This document shows, piece by piece, positions 43,925-53,850 of a stretch of DNA of 64,000 nt (positions within the stretch are counted from its first letter, which is position 1; each line of letters opens with the position of its first letter). The position numbers and the translations under genes were made by a program. Location: positions 186,001 through 250,000 of the IMG/VR virus record IMGVR_UViG_3300034012_003212, one strand, 5' to 3'. The notes beneath the pieces were generated by a model. That model searched no databases, was not told where the DNA came from, and saw only the letters and a list, made by a program, of their open reading frames with translations.

Positions 43925-45292
43925 CTACTTTTCCATCAGCGCATTGTAGAGCTTTATCGGGATTATCAACCTCGATGAGCCGTCTGTCCTCAGGGCCTTG
44001 AGTAATCTAGGGTATTTTGTTTTGGAGTACCCATTTGAATTACCCCAGTAAATTATCTGGGTTCGTATCTGGCGAACGAGAAACTTTATATCTTTTTTAG
44101 ATTCTATCTGCGTCATCAGAGAATCATATTGAGATTTTCCTATCTGATTCTCTGACAGCAACTTGCTTATTATTGAAGCCATTGTACTGCTGGAGTAGTG
44201 TATGTAATACACGTCAACTCCTTCGTATACGTCTTTTCTTACATCAGGATCCTGTGCTTCTTCTTGGTCTGTTATTTTTTCCTGGCCTTTTTCAGCTTCG
44301 GCTGATCCAGAAGAACCATCTGGCATCTGAATCATCTTTGCCATTCCTAACTGGTCGTAGACCCACGCACACATTCCTATGACAACCAACGATTGGAATA
44401 GATAGAATAGGTCTGTTGTGAGAAGAACGCTGGACCATGTTTTACTGGATTCCGCCTTTTCCCTCAATTCGAGAGTTTTCTTTATTGCTATGCTGCATAC
44501 GTAGTTGATCGCAGATAGACCACTCGTCATTGAAGGTATGGGAGCCACTAGACCTGCATCAACGACAAATCCCTCAAAAGCGTCCTCGGGAGATGGGGAT
44601 ATTCCCGTTTTTATCGATAATGGTTTGTACTCATTCGAGCTGAGCCATTTCACGTGATCATCGTCATCAGCTATGTTTTTAAAGAGCCAAGATACTGCAC
44701 GCTTCCAGCTTTTTTCCGAAAAGTACGTCGTCAACATGCTCACTGCTTGCTTTAACGCAGAACTCCCTGGTTGTTTCTGTATGTCTATATGAGCAGATCC
44801 TTTATAGAGATCAATTCCTAGATTTCCCCCTGATAAGAATTCATCCATCTTTAAAAAATAGTCCGCGACAGTCTCTCGTTCTGATTTAAGGTCCTCGAGG
44901 TTCTTTTTGCTGAACCAAGTTCCTTTCATCTTTGACCTAGCAGTACTGCGTTCCTCTGAGGTAAGCATCGTTGCAGCGATCGTTCCATTCTTTACGTTAT
45001 TCCATGTTTCCTTGGCGAATGTGTTCACCACTTTTGCAGCAAACACAGAAAGTATATCGTCTTCCTTCAGCAGTGGGGTGTATGCATTTCCAGATGTGGG
45101 AAAGTCATTTTTCATGAGATCAAAGTCCCACATCCAGTCGGAAACTTTCACCTGATTCATTTTCTTCCCCTCGAGGTTTATACCCTCTCCCTTCTTTTCA
45201 TACAGCACGCCTCCAGTAAACAGATCACCGACCTCTTTGTTCTGGAACCGTACTTCTGGTAAAAACTCGTCTATTTTCTTAAGATTGTTCAT
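43925..45292 (-). CDS. large hypothetical, probable virion-internal protein
   Basis: Start MNNLKKIDEFLPE 5 nt after AATATATA box. Confidence 0.65.
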   Translation of the reverse strand: MNNLKKIDEFLPEVRFQNKEVGDLFTGGVLYEKKGEGINLEGKKMNQVKVSDWMWDFDLMKNDFPTSGNAYTPLLKEDDILSVFAAKVVNTFAKETWNNVKNGTIAATMLTSEERSTARSKMKGTWFSKKNLEDLKSERETVADYFLKMDEFLSGGNLGIDLYKGSAHIDIQKQPGSSALKQAVSMLTTYFSEKSWKRAVSWLFKNIADDDDHVKWLSSNEYKPLSIKTGISPSPEDAFEGFVVDAGLVAPIPSMTSGLSAINYVCSIAIKKTLELREKAESSKTWSSVLLTTDLFYLFQSLVVIGMCAWVYDQLGMAKMIQMPDGSSGSAEAEKGQEKITDQEEAQDPDVRKDVYEGVDVYYIHYSSSTMASIISKLLSENQIGKSQYDSLMTQIESKKDIKFLVRQIRTQIIYWGNSNGYSKTKYPRLLKALRTDGSSRLIIPIKLYNALMEK

Positions 45293-45296
45293 ACGT

Positions 45297-47537
45297 CTAT
45301 ATATTTCTATCCAATTCATTCATGACCCATTCGAGAAGAACTGGTATCTCATTTATCTTCGGGGATTCGCTCTTTAGATTGGCTACAACTTTTATATTTT
45401 TCCATGCGTTCACTGTTTCGGTGTCCATCACTCCGTTTGGAACAACACTAGAAACTCCTTCTAACAGAATCTCCGCCTGTTGAAGAAGAGACTGCAATCT
45501 TGTTACATTTTCATGTGAAACGTTCTCAATTCCTTCATTGGCTTTCTTTGGAATTAGCATTGAACAAGTTTCATTCATCATGCACAGTGCCATTATATCT
45601 CGCATGACAGAAAAATAGTGCCCATTAGTTCCGTACTTATCTATGAGGGATCCTTTTTCAGGAGAGCGCCCTTTGATAGTGCTTGTCACCTCATCAACGT
45701 AATCACCAAAAATAGAATTAAGTATTTTTGATTGTCCTATTTTTTCATATCCAGAAGGGGTTCCTGCGATAAACGACATCGCCTTGATACAGTTGCCCAA
45801 TTGGCCACTTCCAAATAAAGAGGCTGATAGGTATTTTCCTGACTGAAATGGACTGTTGCTCGATGGAATAGAAGCAAGGCACGTGAACAACCAATCGCAC
45901 CATAGTGCAAAATCACTAGCAGAACTTTTATTAGACTGGATTGTCTGCATTTCTTCATTGAATTTTTCGAGGTTCTTTAGCTGTACGTCCTTTCCCTCAT
46001 CCGACTGCATAAAACGATAAACATCAGTCTTTACTCTTCCTGATTCAACTGTGTTTTTAAATGATGAAAACATACCACAGAACACGGAAGCGCCGTTTAA
46101 TGCAGCTGCAGCATCCCCGGAATCACCGCGGAGGTTTTCGGTGTAGAATAGATTCTTAACGCCCTTGTCCGATAAAGACAATTTATGGTTACCGAAACGA
46201 ATAGGTGAACCATTTTCATAAAAATCAGACAGTCCTTCCTTTCCTTTTTCTGATACTTTAACAAAAACACTGTACAGATCCTTTGATTTGTTCAGCTCAG
46301 TCAACATGGAAAACATCCCATCTTGGTTGCTGATCAAACTATCCCGATAGTATGAAAAGTATGTTATAGGCTTACTTATGAACGCATCTTGTGTGTTTGC
46401 CGCTATATCTGCGATTGTTTTTTCTGTCCCCGATTCTGAATATTTAACATCAGTCGGGAGAGCTTCCTGTTTGAACCCTGGTATGCTATCCGAAGATGTG
46501 GTCGTGCTGAATGAATTAAGGTCTATGTATTTGTTTATACTATCACTAACGCCAGCTGTAGCGCTTCCTCTAGCGTTTGATGCTACATTCTCAGGAGTCT
46601 CTCCTTTTGAGAAAAATTCACGCCTCATCCATTCGCCAACCGCAAACAGAAAAATACTAGCTGTTACCCATTTAGACACTTTGTATAACTTCTTCGCCTT
46701 TGCCAATACATTAAGATTCTTCTTAGGACCTTTCACGTCGCCAGAAGATTCAATGGAATCTGTTGCATCATTCTGAAGCTCCTTGCCTGCATCATCCACC
46801 AATCCTTCGGCCTTTTTGTTTAGCTCGTCTCTTAGTTCACTTCTTGAACTTGTTCCCATGCTAGATGCGTCACTTATAGCATTGTCCACATTCTGTAATA
46901 TCTCCTGGGGCTCATCATTTTTCAATGAATTGACTATATCAGCAACAACTTCATCTGCTGGTTTTACTGCTTTTGACGCTTTAGCTGAAAGCTTACCTAC
47001 ATTCTTCTTCCATCTGTTTCCATCCTTTATCAAACCGTTCACGGCTGATATCTCAGTGTCATAATCCTTGAGTTTGCTCGAGGCTGCTATCAAATAATCA
47101 TCCATCGAATTCTTCGCCTTCAAGAGAGCGTTCTTCGTCTCTCCTTTAGGCCAATCGATAAAATCAGTGAAGTCCTCTATTCTTTTATGTGTATCCTGTA
47201 ATTTTTCTACCTGTTTTCCGAATTTTTCAAAATTCTTTATGGCATCATCCAACTCCTGTTTACTCATGGTGTTGTATGCCTTTTTGAAATCATCGACGAG
47301 GTCATTCGCATTTTTCTTCAGATTGATGCGAACCTCCAACGGGAGTTCTTTGAATTCTTTCTGCGACAATTTCTCGAATGCTTCTCGTATCTCTGGGGTG
47401 AAATTCTTCCATTCCTTTTCAGTGAATTTGAAGAGGTTGGAAACATACTTAGGTATGTTTTTTAATAACCCTGAGCCAGTGGCTTCATCTATAGATTGGT
47501 TTTTATTTTCTTCCCACTGATTAAAATTCTTTATCAT
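45297..47537 (-). CDS. large helical hypothetical, probable virion-internal protein
   Basis: 746 aa, MIKNFNQWEE start, one hydrophobic segment. Confidence 0.65.
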   Translation of the reverse strand: MIKNFNQWEENKNQSIDEATGSGLLKNIPKYVSNLFKFTEKEWKNFTPEIREAFEKLSQKEFKELPLEVRINLKKNANDLVDDFKKAYNTMSKQELDDAIKNFEKFGKQVEKLQDTHKRIEDFTDFIDWPKGETKNALLKAKNSMDDYLIAASSKLKDYDTEISAVNGLIKDGNRWKKNVGKLSAKASKAVKPADEVVADIVNSLKNDEPQEILQNVDNAISDASSMGTSSRSELRDELNKKAEGLVDDAGKELQNDATDSIESSGDVKGPKKNLNVLAKAKKLYKVSKWVTASIFLFAVGEWMRREFFSKGETPENVASNARGSATAGVSDSINKYIDLNSFSTTTSSDSIPGFKQEALPTDVKYSESGTEKTIADIAANTQDAFISKPITYFSYYRDSLISNQDGMFSMLTELNKSKDLYSVFVKVSEKGKEGLSDFYENGSPIRFGNHKLSLSDKGVKNLFYTENLRGDSGDAAAALNGASVFCGMFSSFKNTVESGRVKTDVYRFMQSDEGKDVQLKNLEKFNEEMQTIQSNKSSASDFALWCDWLFTCLASIPSSNSPFQSGKYLSASLFGSGQLGNCIKAMSFIAGTPSGYEKIGQSKILNSIFGDYVDEVTSTIKGRSPEKGSLIDKYGTNGHYFSVMRDIMALCMMNETCSMLIPKKANEGIENVSHENVTRLQSLLQQAEILLEGVSSVVPNGVMDTETVNAWKNIKVVANLKSESPKINEIPVLLEWVMNELDRNI
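45298..45305 (-). promoter_or_regulatory. putative late promoter AATATATA
   Basis: AATATATA-GACGT-ATG. Confidence 0.55.
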
Positions 47538-47549
47538 GACAGATTTATT

Positions 47550-49883
47550 TTACTTTTTAGATGGAGCACCTTTCTTTGACTGCTTTTCATTACCAGCAAC
47601 CGGTTTATCCAAATTTTGTGAAATAGAAGAGCCCTTTAATTTTTTGGACAAAACTGATTCCAACTCATCCTTTAGACTCGAAACGAGTTCTTTCCATTCA
47701 CCCTCCTCAATGTCCTGCTTTCCGTTCGCATCCTCGATTCGATTCGTCAACTCCTCGTTGCGTATCATTTTATGAGAATTATTGATGAACGCCCTCAAAC
47801 CGTACTTTAATGTCTCCAGCAAAAACGGGGTTACGAGTTCTCCGAAGTTCATTAGTCTGTAAGACTCCTTGAGCTTCGGGTCTTTGGAAACATTTATGAT
47901 ATACCAAGACAAAACATTATCGTATTTTTTATACATCTCTTGTATTGTAGCTGCGTCATTGTGTATAGATTCTCCTGATGGAGAGAACACTATCTTTCCG
48001 TGACATAGTATACACGCAAAGGACTTACCTTGCTTCTGTATGTAGTTTATCCAATCGGCTGTGTTCTTGATCTCAACGGTGTTATCACCAACTGTGATGA
48101 CGATCTTCTTCTGATCGCCTTCCAGCTTGTTTATCACTTCTTTTTCCGGAAACCATTTCTGCACAACTCCGTCCATAACAGCCGACTTCAATTCTCCCAT
48201 GGCGGTCCATACTGACTTTCCATTTTTGATCACGTCATACACAGGTTTTGCCAGATTATATGCAAGTCCTATTGTTACGTCATTTCCAAATTCCAACGTC
48301 TTCAGGAGCGCATCTTTAGCCCCGAGTTCTGATACTGTATTTGTGGAAGATTTTACGTCGTATGAAGCAACATTTCTTGCAGCATACTTTATCGGCATGC
48401 TGAGATCAACACCAGAAGAACTCTTCAATTCTGATTCAGGCTCCGTCGTGGGTTCAAAAAACCACGAATTTAATTTCTCGACAGTTTTTCCAACATCTGA
48501 AGTCCCGAATATGTCCATGAACCCTGTGAGGTTGAGTATGTTAACTATGGTTTTTTTATCGTTTGAACTAAGATCATCATAGCTCTGGGCGAATGCGTTC
48601 GATTCCTTGTCGGTTAACATTACAGAACCTTTGAAGTTTTCAATACTCATCTGAGTGAAGTAATTGACCTTCTTGGACATTCTTTCCATCATGTCGTTGA
48701 GATCATACACGATGTTCTTTATCTCCTGTATGTTAGGATTATCCGATGTTTTTAGCGTTTCGTAGAACGCCATGTTGTTTATAAAATGTAATCCGCCATC
48801 CTTTTCGTTTGAATCAAGAAACTGAGTGTATTTCCTGGTCTTGATGTCGACCGCCTTTGCAGCCTTTCCGATGCTCTCATCTATTTCAGCAAGGGATTTT
48901 ATCGCAAGTATGATCTTCACAAACGGTTTCCATTTCGATCCAATAAGCCATGACATGCCAAAAGACTCTAACATGGAATCATCGATTCCTTCTGCAAGTT
49001 CATTTAGTATATCATCTGCTATTGGCGAGGATTTTGAAAGGAACGATGGAACAGGAAAAAGATCATACTTCTTGGAATTTTCTCCTGAGAATTTTTCAAC
49101 GTCGAAATCAAACGTTCCATCTTCTTTAATAAACTGTGAAAAGAGTCCAACAGACAATGCTTGTTGGTTCTTGAGCTCATCTGATTGGGCTGCTATTTTC
49201 AGCGAATCGAACACTGCGTCGACTGCTTTTGCAATATCTGAATCCGCTTTTTCAGCATCAAATTCAACAGTGAACCTGCTGCTTATAGGATATTCGGTGA
49301 ACATGCTTATGTTCTTGTTCGCAAACGCCTCGATGAAATCACGCCTGGACTCTTTAGTAGATACCACATCAGAGGCTCGCTGGTCAACGAGGAACATCTT
49401 CATGCATGATTTGTAGATATTCTTGAGGCCCTCAATGATGTCTTCCTGTGCTGATTCGTTCCTTCTTAGTATCTTCTTTGCATTTTCGATTCCTTTGGAA
49501 TTCTTTACTCTAAGGTCAATTTGCGAAGAAAGAGCCTTTATGAAAACCTGGTAGTATATGTAGATGAAAAATGTTTCAACATACTCATCATAATATAGCT
49601 CTCCTTTTGACTTTCCGTCTTTTACGTAACTCTTTTCACCGAATGCTTGAATTTTTTTAGCATTGTCCAATCCAATTCCAAAAGGACTCGTCGGACCCGT
49701 GCTAAAAAGATCCTTGAATTTACCGTATGAAAAATTGCTATCATTGAAGAATCTTTCGATCTTACTGTACATGTCCTGAATGGAATCAGCTTTCACGAAA
49801 GACGAGAGCTTTTCTGGTTTTGCGTTATCCCCTTTTCTGGTTATATCGCGATCGATCGTTTCGAGTAAATGTTGAATTTTCAT
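47550..49883 (-). CDS. large hypothetical, probable virion-internal protein
   Basis: 777 aa, directly downstream of portal. Confidence 0.65.
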   Translation of the reverse strand: MKIQHLLETIDRDITRKGDNAKPEKLSSFVKADSIQDMYSKIERFFNDSNFSYGKFKDLFSTGPTSPFGIGLDNAKKIQAFGEKSYVKDGKSKGELYYDEYVETFFIYIYYQVFIKALSSQIDLRVKNSKGIENAKKILRRNESAQEDIIEGLKNIYKSCMKMFLVDQRASDVVSTKESRRDFIEAFANKNISMFTEYPISSRFTVEFDAEKADSDIAKAVDAVFDSLKIAAQSDELKNQQALSVGLFSQFIKEDGTFDFDVEKFSGENSKKYDLFPVPSFLSKSSPIADDILNELAEGIDDSMLESFGMSWLIGSKWKPFVKIILAIKSLAEIDESIGKAAKAVDIKTRKYTQFLDSNEKDGGLHFINNMAFYETLKTSDNPNIQEIKNIVYDLNDMMERMSKKVNYFTQMSIENFKGSVMLTDKESNAFAQSYDDLSSNDKKTIVNILNLTGFMDIFGTSDVGKTVEKLNSWFFEPTTEPESELKSSSGVDLSMPIKYAARNVASYDVKSSTNTVSELGAKDALLKTLEFGNDVTIGLAYNLAKPVYDVIKNGKSVWTAMGELKSAVMDGVVQKWFPEKEVINKLEGDQKKIVITVGDNTVEIKNTADWINYIQKQGKSFACILCHGKIVFSPSGESIHNDAATIQEMYKKYDNVLSWYIINVSKDPKLKESYRLMNFGELVTPFLLETLKYGLRAFINNSHKMIRNEELTNRIEDANGKQDIEEGEWKELVSSLKDELESVLSKKLKGSSISQNLDKPVAGNEKQSKKGAPSKK

Positions 49884-49923
49884 CTATTATTGGTCTTGTT
49901 GTTTTCGTGCAACATGAATATCA

Positions 49924-51618
49924 CTATTCGGCTGCTTCTTCCTCGGTTGCTCCACCTTCTTGCGGGCTCTCTTCAGGTGTCTCTGTTTCCTCTGGTGCCT
50001 CTTCGGTTTCGGGTTCGGATGTAACTTCTTCTGAAGCTGATACTGTTTCGCTGGATTCTTCTGTTCCTTCTGACTGAGATTCTTCCGATTCCGCCGTAGC
50101 TTTCTCAAGCAGGGACTTATTCTCTTTCAGCTCAGTCTCTGTGAAGTCCAGGAATTGTTCCACAAGCCAATCAACAGAGAAGAACGCTTTGTCGTTCTGA
50201 TCCTTGAAGTCTCTGAGTTTTGTGATGTGGTCTATCTCCTTCTGGAGTATCTCCATCTTCTTCGCTTTTTCGAAGAGGTTATCGCTGTTGAACTTTATTC
50301 CTATGCTACTCTTGAGGATGATGTCATCCTTTAATTCAGGGTACTTTAGAAGGAACATTGTCCATACAGGCTTCCATATTATCTCCTGGAATCCAGATCT
50401 CAGACGGTTTATGAACTTGGCAAATCGTATCTCGTCTCTCTCGGCACCATCCGCGTTAAACGTTATTGTGCCGCTACCACCATCTTGATTGAACCGGCTG
50501 AATGGTACGTTAGATTCCTGTCTCATCTTGTCCCTGAAGTACTTCAGCGCGTCCATGTTTGAAAGATCAGGACCACCATTTTCAACGGCATCTATCGACA
50601 CCTGTTCTCCGCCTTTGTTTGGGAATATGTAGTTCTTGTAGAATGGAATGTTCGGCCTTCCTTGAACAGAAAGCTCACCACTATCGTTATCGAGGTACAG
50701 GTCTTCCCTGTATATCGCGGCGAACTGACTGAGGCTTTGAACCCATCTCTGAGGACTCTTTGTGCCCACCGGAACAACCATCTTCATTCGCCACTGGGAG
50801 TTCATTATGTTCCATATCACTCTCGAGTTCTCGAGAACTCGCAGAAGGTTGAAACTCCTTACAAGTGGTTCTATGTACGATATAGGACCCACTCCAGTTC
50901 TGGCGTAGGATATGTATATGATCTGTGAATCGTACAGCATTCTCTCCTGCGAGAGGTTTCCTGCATATTGGACCCACACCTTCTTCTTTTGGCCGCCTTC
51001 GTCTATTATATCGGGCCTAAGACTCGATGGGTCAAGTTCCTTAAAGCCTATGATCTTTTTACCCATTTGATCGAATACCATCTCGAATGCGAGGGCTCCT
51101 TCTATCAGGAACTGACGGAAGAATGCGAAAGCCTGGTGATCTTCATTGAAACGAAACGCAGCATATACGTGATTGAATATTTCTTCAAGGTTAGATTTTA
51201 TCTCTTCTGCCTTATCATCGCTGACGACGCTGGTTATTCCTTTGGTGTCTATATAGCAGAACCTGTTCTTGTTGTCGTAAACGATGCTCTCGTCTGCTAT
51301 GATATTGATGATAAAGTTCACTTCTCCGTTACGGCTGAACTTCCTGAGCATTTCTCGCTTTCCGATGTAGTCCTTATCGAAATACGTGACATACTTTTTA
51401 GGCCCGATGTCCTGCATCGCAAGCGCGTACTGGAGTTCAGTCTGTGTGAGCAGATCCGCCCCGGCAACACTAGCTAAGGTCGATTCAGTGGATCCTATCG
51501 CCATGGATTGCTTTACCACCATGTCATCATAGGACATTCCGAGATTCGAGATCTTTCTCAGTGTCGTTGCAAGTCGGGCGACGACGCCACTCTGTTTTCT
51601 ATCAAAAAATCCTGCCAT
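49924..51618 (-). CDS. gp20: portal protein (T4 gp20-like)
   Basis: FRQFLIEGALAFE, IIYISY, YIEPLVRSFNLLRVLENSRVIW, YFRDKMRQESNVPFSR, RDEIRFAKFINRLR motifs. Confidence 0.9.
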   Translation of the reverse strand: MAGFFDRKQSGVVARLATTLRKISNLGMSYDDMVVKQSMAIGSTESTLASVAGADLLTQTELQYALAMQDIGPKKYVTYFDKDYIGKREMLRKFSRNGEVNFIINIIADESIVYDNKNRFCYIDTKGITSVVSDDKAEEIKSNLEEIFNHVYAAFRFNEDHQAFAFFRQFLIEGALAFEMVFDQMGKKIIGFKELDPSSLRPDIIDEGGQKKKVWVQYAGNLSQERMLYDSQIIYISYARTGVGPISYIEPLVRSFNLLRVLENSRVIWNIMNSQWRMKMVVPVGTKSPQRWVQSLSQFAAIYREDLYLDNDSGELSVQGRPNIPFYKNYIFPNKGGEQVSIDAVENGGPDLSNMDALKYFRDKMRQESNVPFSRFNQDGGSGTITFNADGAERDEIRFAKFINRLRSGFQEIIWKPVWTMFLLKYPELKDDIILKSSIGIKFNSDNLFEKAKKMEILQKEIDHITKLRDFKDQNDKAFFSVDWLVEQFLDFTETELKENKSLLEKATAESEESQSEGTEESSETVSASEEVTSEPETEEAPEETETPEESPQEGGATEEEAAE

Positions 51619-51641
51619 CTATTCTCCTAGTTTTGGTGCTG

Positions 51642-51649
51642 TATATATC
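51642..51649 (-). promoter_or_regulatory. putative late promoter GATATATA
   Basis: Upstream of portal, followed by AGGAG SD. Confidence 0.6.
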
Positions 51650-51688
51650 TTTTTGAGCGCAGTTGAAAATGAAAAAATCCAATTAACG

Positions 51689-52297
51689 CTAAAAATCGCA
51701 ATGGATCAAGTGCTTCCAGTGTCTGTAGTCTATGCATCTCAGGGTGTTCCTGAGTATCAGACGATTGTCATATTTCCTTATCCTAGGGTTAATGTTCGCT
51801 GAACCGAATAGGAATTTTCTGGTGCCTTCCTCATGCAGAGGCAATGCCCTCTGTTCTGGTACATTTTTGTGCAAAAATTCCATATTTTCTTGCAGTATGA
51901 ACCCGAACATCGTTAAAATTGCTTTAAACAATCTGGCGCGTTCTCCTGGATCGATGCTCTTTATTTCAAACCCGTAATCAGTAAAAACATCATTGACGGC
52001 GAGTCCGTTCATGACACAGAAGATTGTATGCCTCGTGGCCTTATTATCCTTCTGTGAAACGAACGTGTATATTTTACCTGGAACCATTCCAAGCCCTGAT
52101 GATATCATCATGTCATCGGTTGTGTCCTTGAATGAATCCCGCCAGGATACATAATATTTGTTGGATATAAAATCCAATGCATCTTTCGATGATATGATAT
52201 CGTCCCCGAGAATTGAAGGCCCTCTTCGGTACACATCATCGATGTTTCCTATTATGTTCGATGGTTCTATCATAGGCCAAGATTCTCCTCTGTCCAA
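51689..52297 (-). CDS. hypothetical, possible gp2-like DNA end protector
   Basis: PGKIYTF motif and position next to gp4-like gene; weak. Confidence 0.35.
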   Translation of the reverse strand: MDRGESWPMIEPSNIIGNIDDVYRRGPSILGDDIISSKDALDFISNKYYVSWRDSFKDTTDDMMISSGLGMVPGKIYTFVSQKDNKATRHTIFCVMNGLAVNDVFTDYGFEIKSIDPGERARLFKAILTMFGFILQENMEFLHKNVPEQRALPLHEEGTRKFLFGSANINPRIRKYDNRLILRNTLRCIDYRHWKHLIHCDF

Positions 52298-52752
52298 ACT
52301 TTAAATTCAAACCCTATAGACTTTGCATACAATTCTGCTGCCTCCCACTTGGCCCTATTTGTTACGTATGTCTCCAGATGTTGTCTGTATCTTTCCATGG
52401 TCTTGAAAGAACCTGGATTCTTCATCTCAAACAGAGTCTGGTTTTTAGGTTTTATCTCGACGAGAAAATTCTTGATGGTCCCATCCGGATCTGAGAACTT
52501 ATAGTAAAAATCAACAAAGTAACGATGCGTCTTCCCATCGATCGGGGAAACGTATGGTATTGCTATGGGCTCACTCGACCAGGATATTACAGATTCGTTC
52601 GTATCACACATTATCATAAAGATCCTCTCCCAGGAGGAACGATATATTATGTTTGATATATTCCCAGTGTATTTATGGGGGTTCGACGGAATGAAATATC
52701 CCTGCTTGAATGTTGAGTTTGGATTTGGTGCAAGTTCTTTTATGCTTTTCAT
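52270..52752 (-). CDS. gp4: head completion nuclease (T4 gp4-like, TnsA-type endonuclease)
   Basis: YRSSWER.FM..CD, WSSEPIAIPY.SPIDGK.HRYFVDF, VEIKP, KWEAA motifs. Confidence 0.9.
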   Translation of the reverse strand: MKSIKELAPNPNSTFKQGYFIPSNPHKYTGNISNIIYRSSWERIFMIMCDTNESVISWSSEPIAIPYVSPIDGKTHRYFVDFYYKFSDPDGTIKNFLVEIKPKNQTLFEMKNPGSFKTMERYRQHLETYVTNRAKWEAAELYAKSIGFEFKVWTEENLGL

Positions 52753-52761
52753 GATCTAGTG

Positions 52762-52769
52762 AATATATA
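52762..52769 (+). promoter_or_regulatory. putative late promoter AATATATA
   Basis: Upstream of plus-strand ORF 52804. Confidence 0.45.
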
Positions 52770-52803
52770 AAAAGCATCACACAATAAACTTGAAAGGAAG
52801 AGA

Positions 52804-53085
52804 ATGAAGGATGCTTTACGCATGCTTAACAGCGAAACACCTGGGTTTGGTGAGAGAAAAGAAAAAACCCATTCAACGTACAGAATGGATGACCAGGTTA
52901 GAGAAATGGCAGATCTTGTTATCGTCATTCGTTCATTGATGTTTGGAAATCGTGCAGAAACTTACACGAAACTGTACGCGAACCTAGTAAAAGAAGAACT
53001 ATACCGACTAAAGAACCATGAACGGTTCGCAGAGGTGATAGAATCCACCATAAATAAAGATAACGAGAATAAGGAAAGTAACTAG
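52804..53085 (+). CDS. hypothetical protein
   Basis: 93-aa ORF with AGGAAG SD. Confidence 0.6.
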   Translation: MKDALRMLNSETPGFGERKEKTHSTYRMDDQVREMADLVIVIRSLMFGNRAETYTKLYANLVKEELYRLKNHERFAEVIESTINKDNENKESN

Positions 53086-53432
53086 ATGTTACTAATACCA
53101 TCCGACTCGTTTATGTTTATGATGCGAATGTTTTGCGTCTTTCCATGGAGCTTCTTCCAGCCTTTAGCAAGACCATTCTTTGCTATTTGTGTATAATACG
53201 CAAATGCGTTGCTTGACATGTTAGGATCGAACCCCCTCCAATATCGAAGAAGATCCTCGATTGCAAATGCTATGCAATCCTTTCTATCCTCTTCATATTT
53301 GAACTTCAGCGCCTTTGATAGCTCATTTGGTATTACTATGAGCATCTCTAATGCTAACGGTGTTAATTCCCCATCCCTTTTTGAGATTATTATCTCTTGG
53401 AATAATTTCTTTTGATCTATGTATTTTGCCAT
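53082..53432 (-). CDS. gp55: late-transcription sigma factor (gp55-like)
   Basis: YIDQKKLFQEI, DRKDCIAFA, YWRGFDP..SSNAFAYYTQIAKN pattern of T4-superfamily late sigma. Confidence 0.8.
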   Translation of the reverse strand: MAKYIDQKKLFQEIIISKRDGELTPLALEMLIVIPNELSKALKFKYEEDRKDCIAFAIEDLLRYWRGFDPNMSSNAFAYYTQIAKNGLAKGWKKLHGKTQNIRIININESDGISNI

Positions 53433-53466
53433 AACAAATTATATCATTTTAAGTATAGTTTGTTAA

Positions 53467-53736
53467 CTATTCAGATATTGTCTTTATTATCGAGGCAAGT
53501 TCATAGTATAGTGTGTTCAACCTATCTGTTTCTATCTCCATCCTGTCTAAATCCTGAGTGATGAGTCCTATGGAATGCAGTATCTCTTTTAATTGATCAA
53601 CTGACGTCAATAGATCGAGCTTTTTACTTTCCCGTTCTTGGGTCTCCTTCGCCTTCATCATAACTCCCTGATAGTCAACATCATCGTAATTAAGTTGACC
53701 TTCAAGAAACATGTCGATTGATGTTATGTTTTTCAT
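53467..53736 (-). CDS. hypothetical protein
   Basis: 89-aa helical ORF. Confidence 0.6.
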   Translation of the reverse strand: MKNITSIDMFLEGQLNYDDVDYQGVMMKAKETQERESKKLDLLTSVDQLKEILHSIGLITQDLDRMEIETDRLNTLYYELASIIKTISE

Positions 53737-53789
53737 AAGCAGTGTATGTAATTTTAAAGGGGACTTTTAAGAAGTAATCATTTCCATAT

Positions 53790-53822
53790 AAAAAACCCCC
53801 TACACTGAGAAGTTATAGGGGG
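53790..53822 (-). terminator. rho-independent terminator
   Basis: CCCCCTA / TAGGGGG stem then T6 on minus strand after 831-aa gene. Confidence 0.75.
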
Positions 53823-53850
53823 TGTAGATTAATTACTCATTCAGTCAGAG

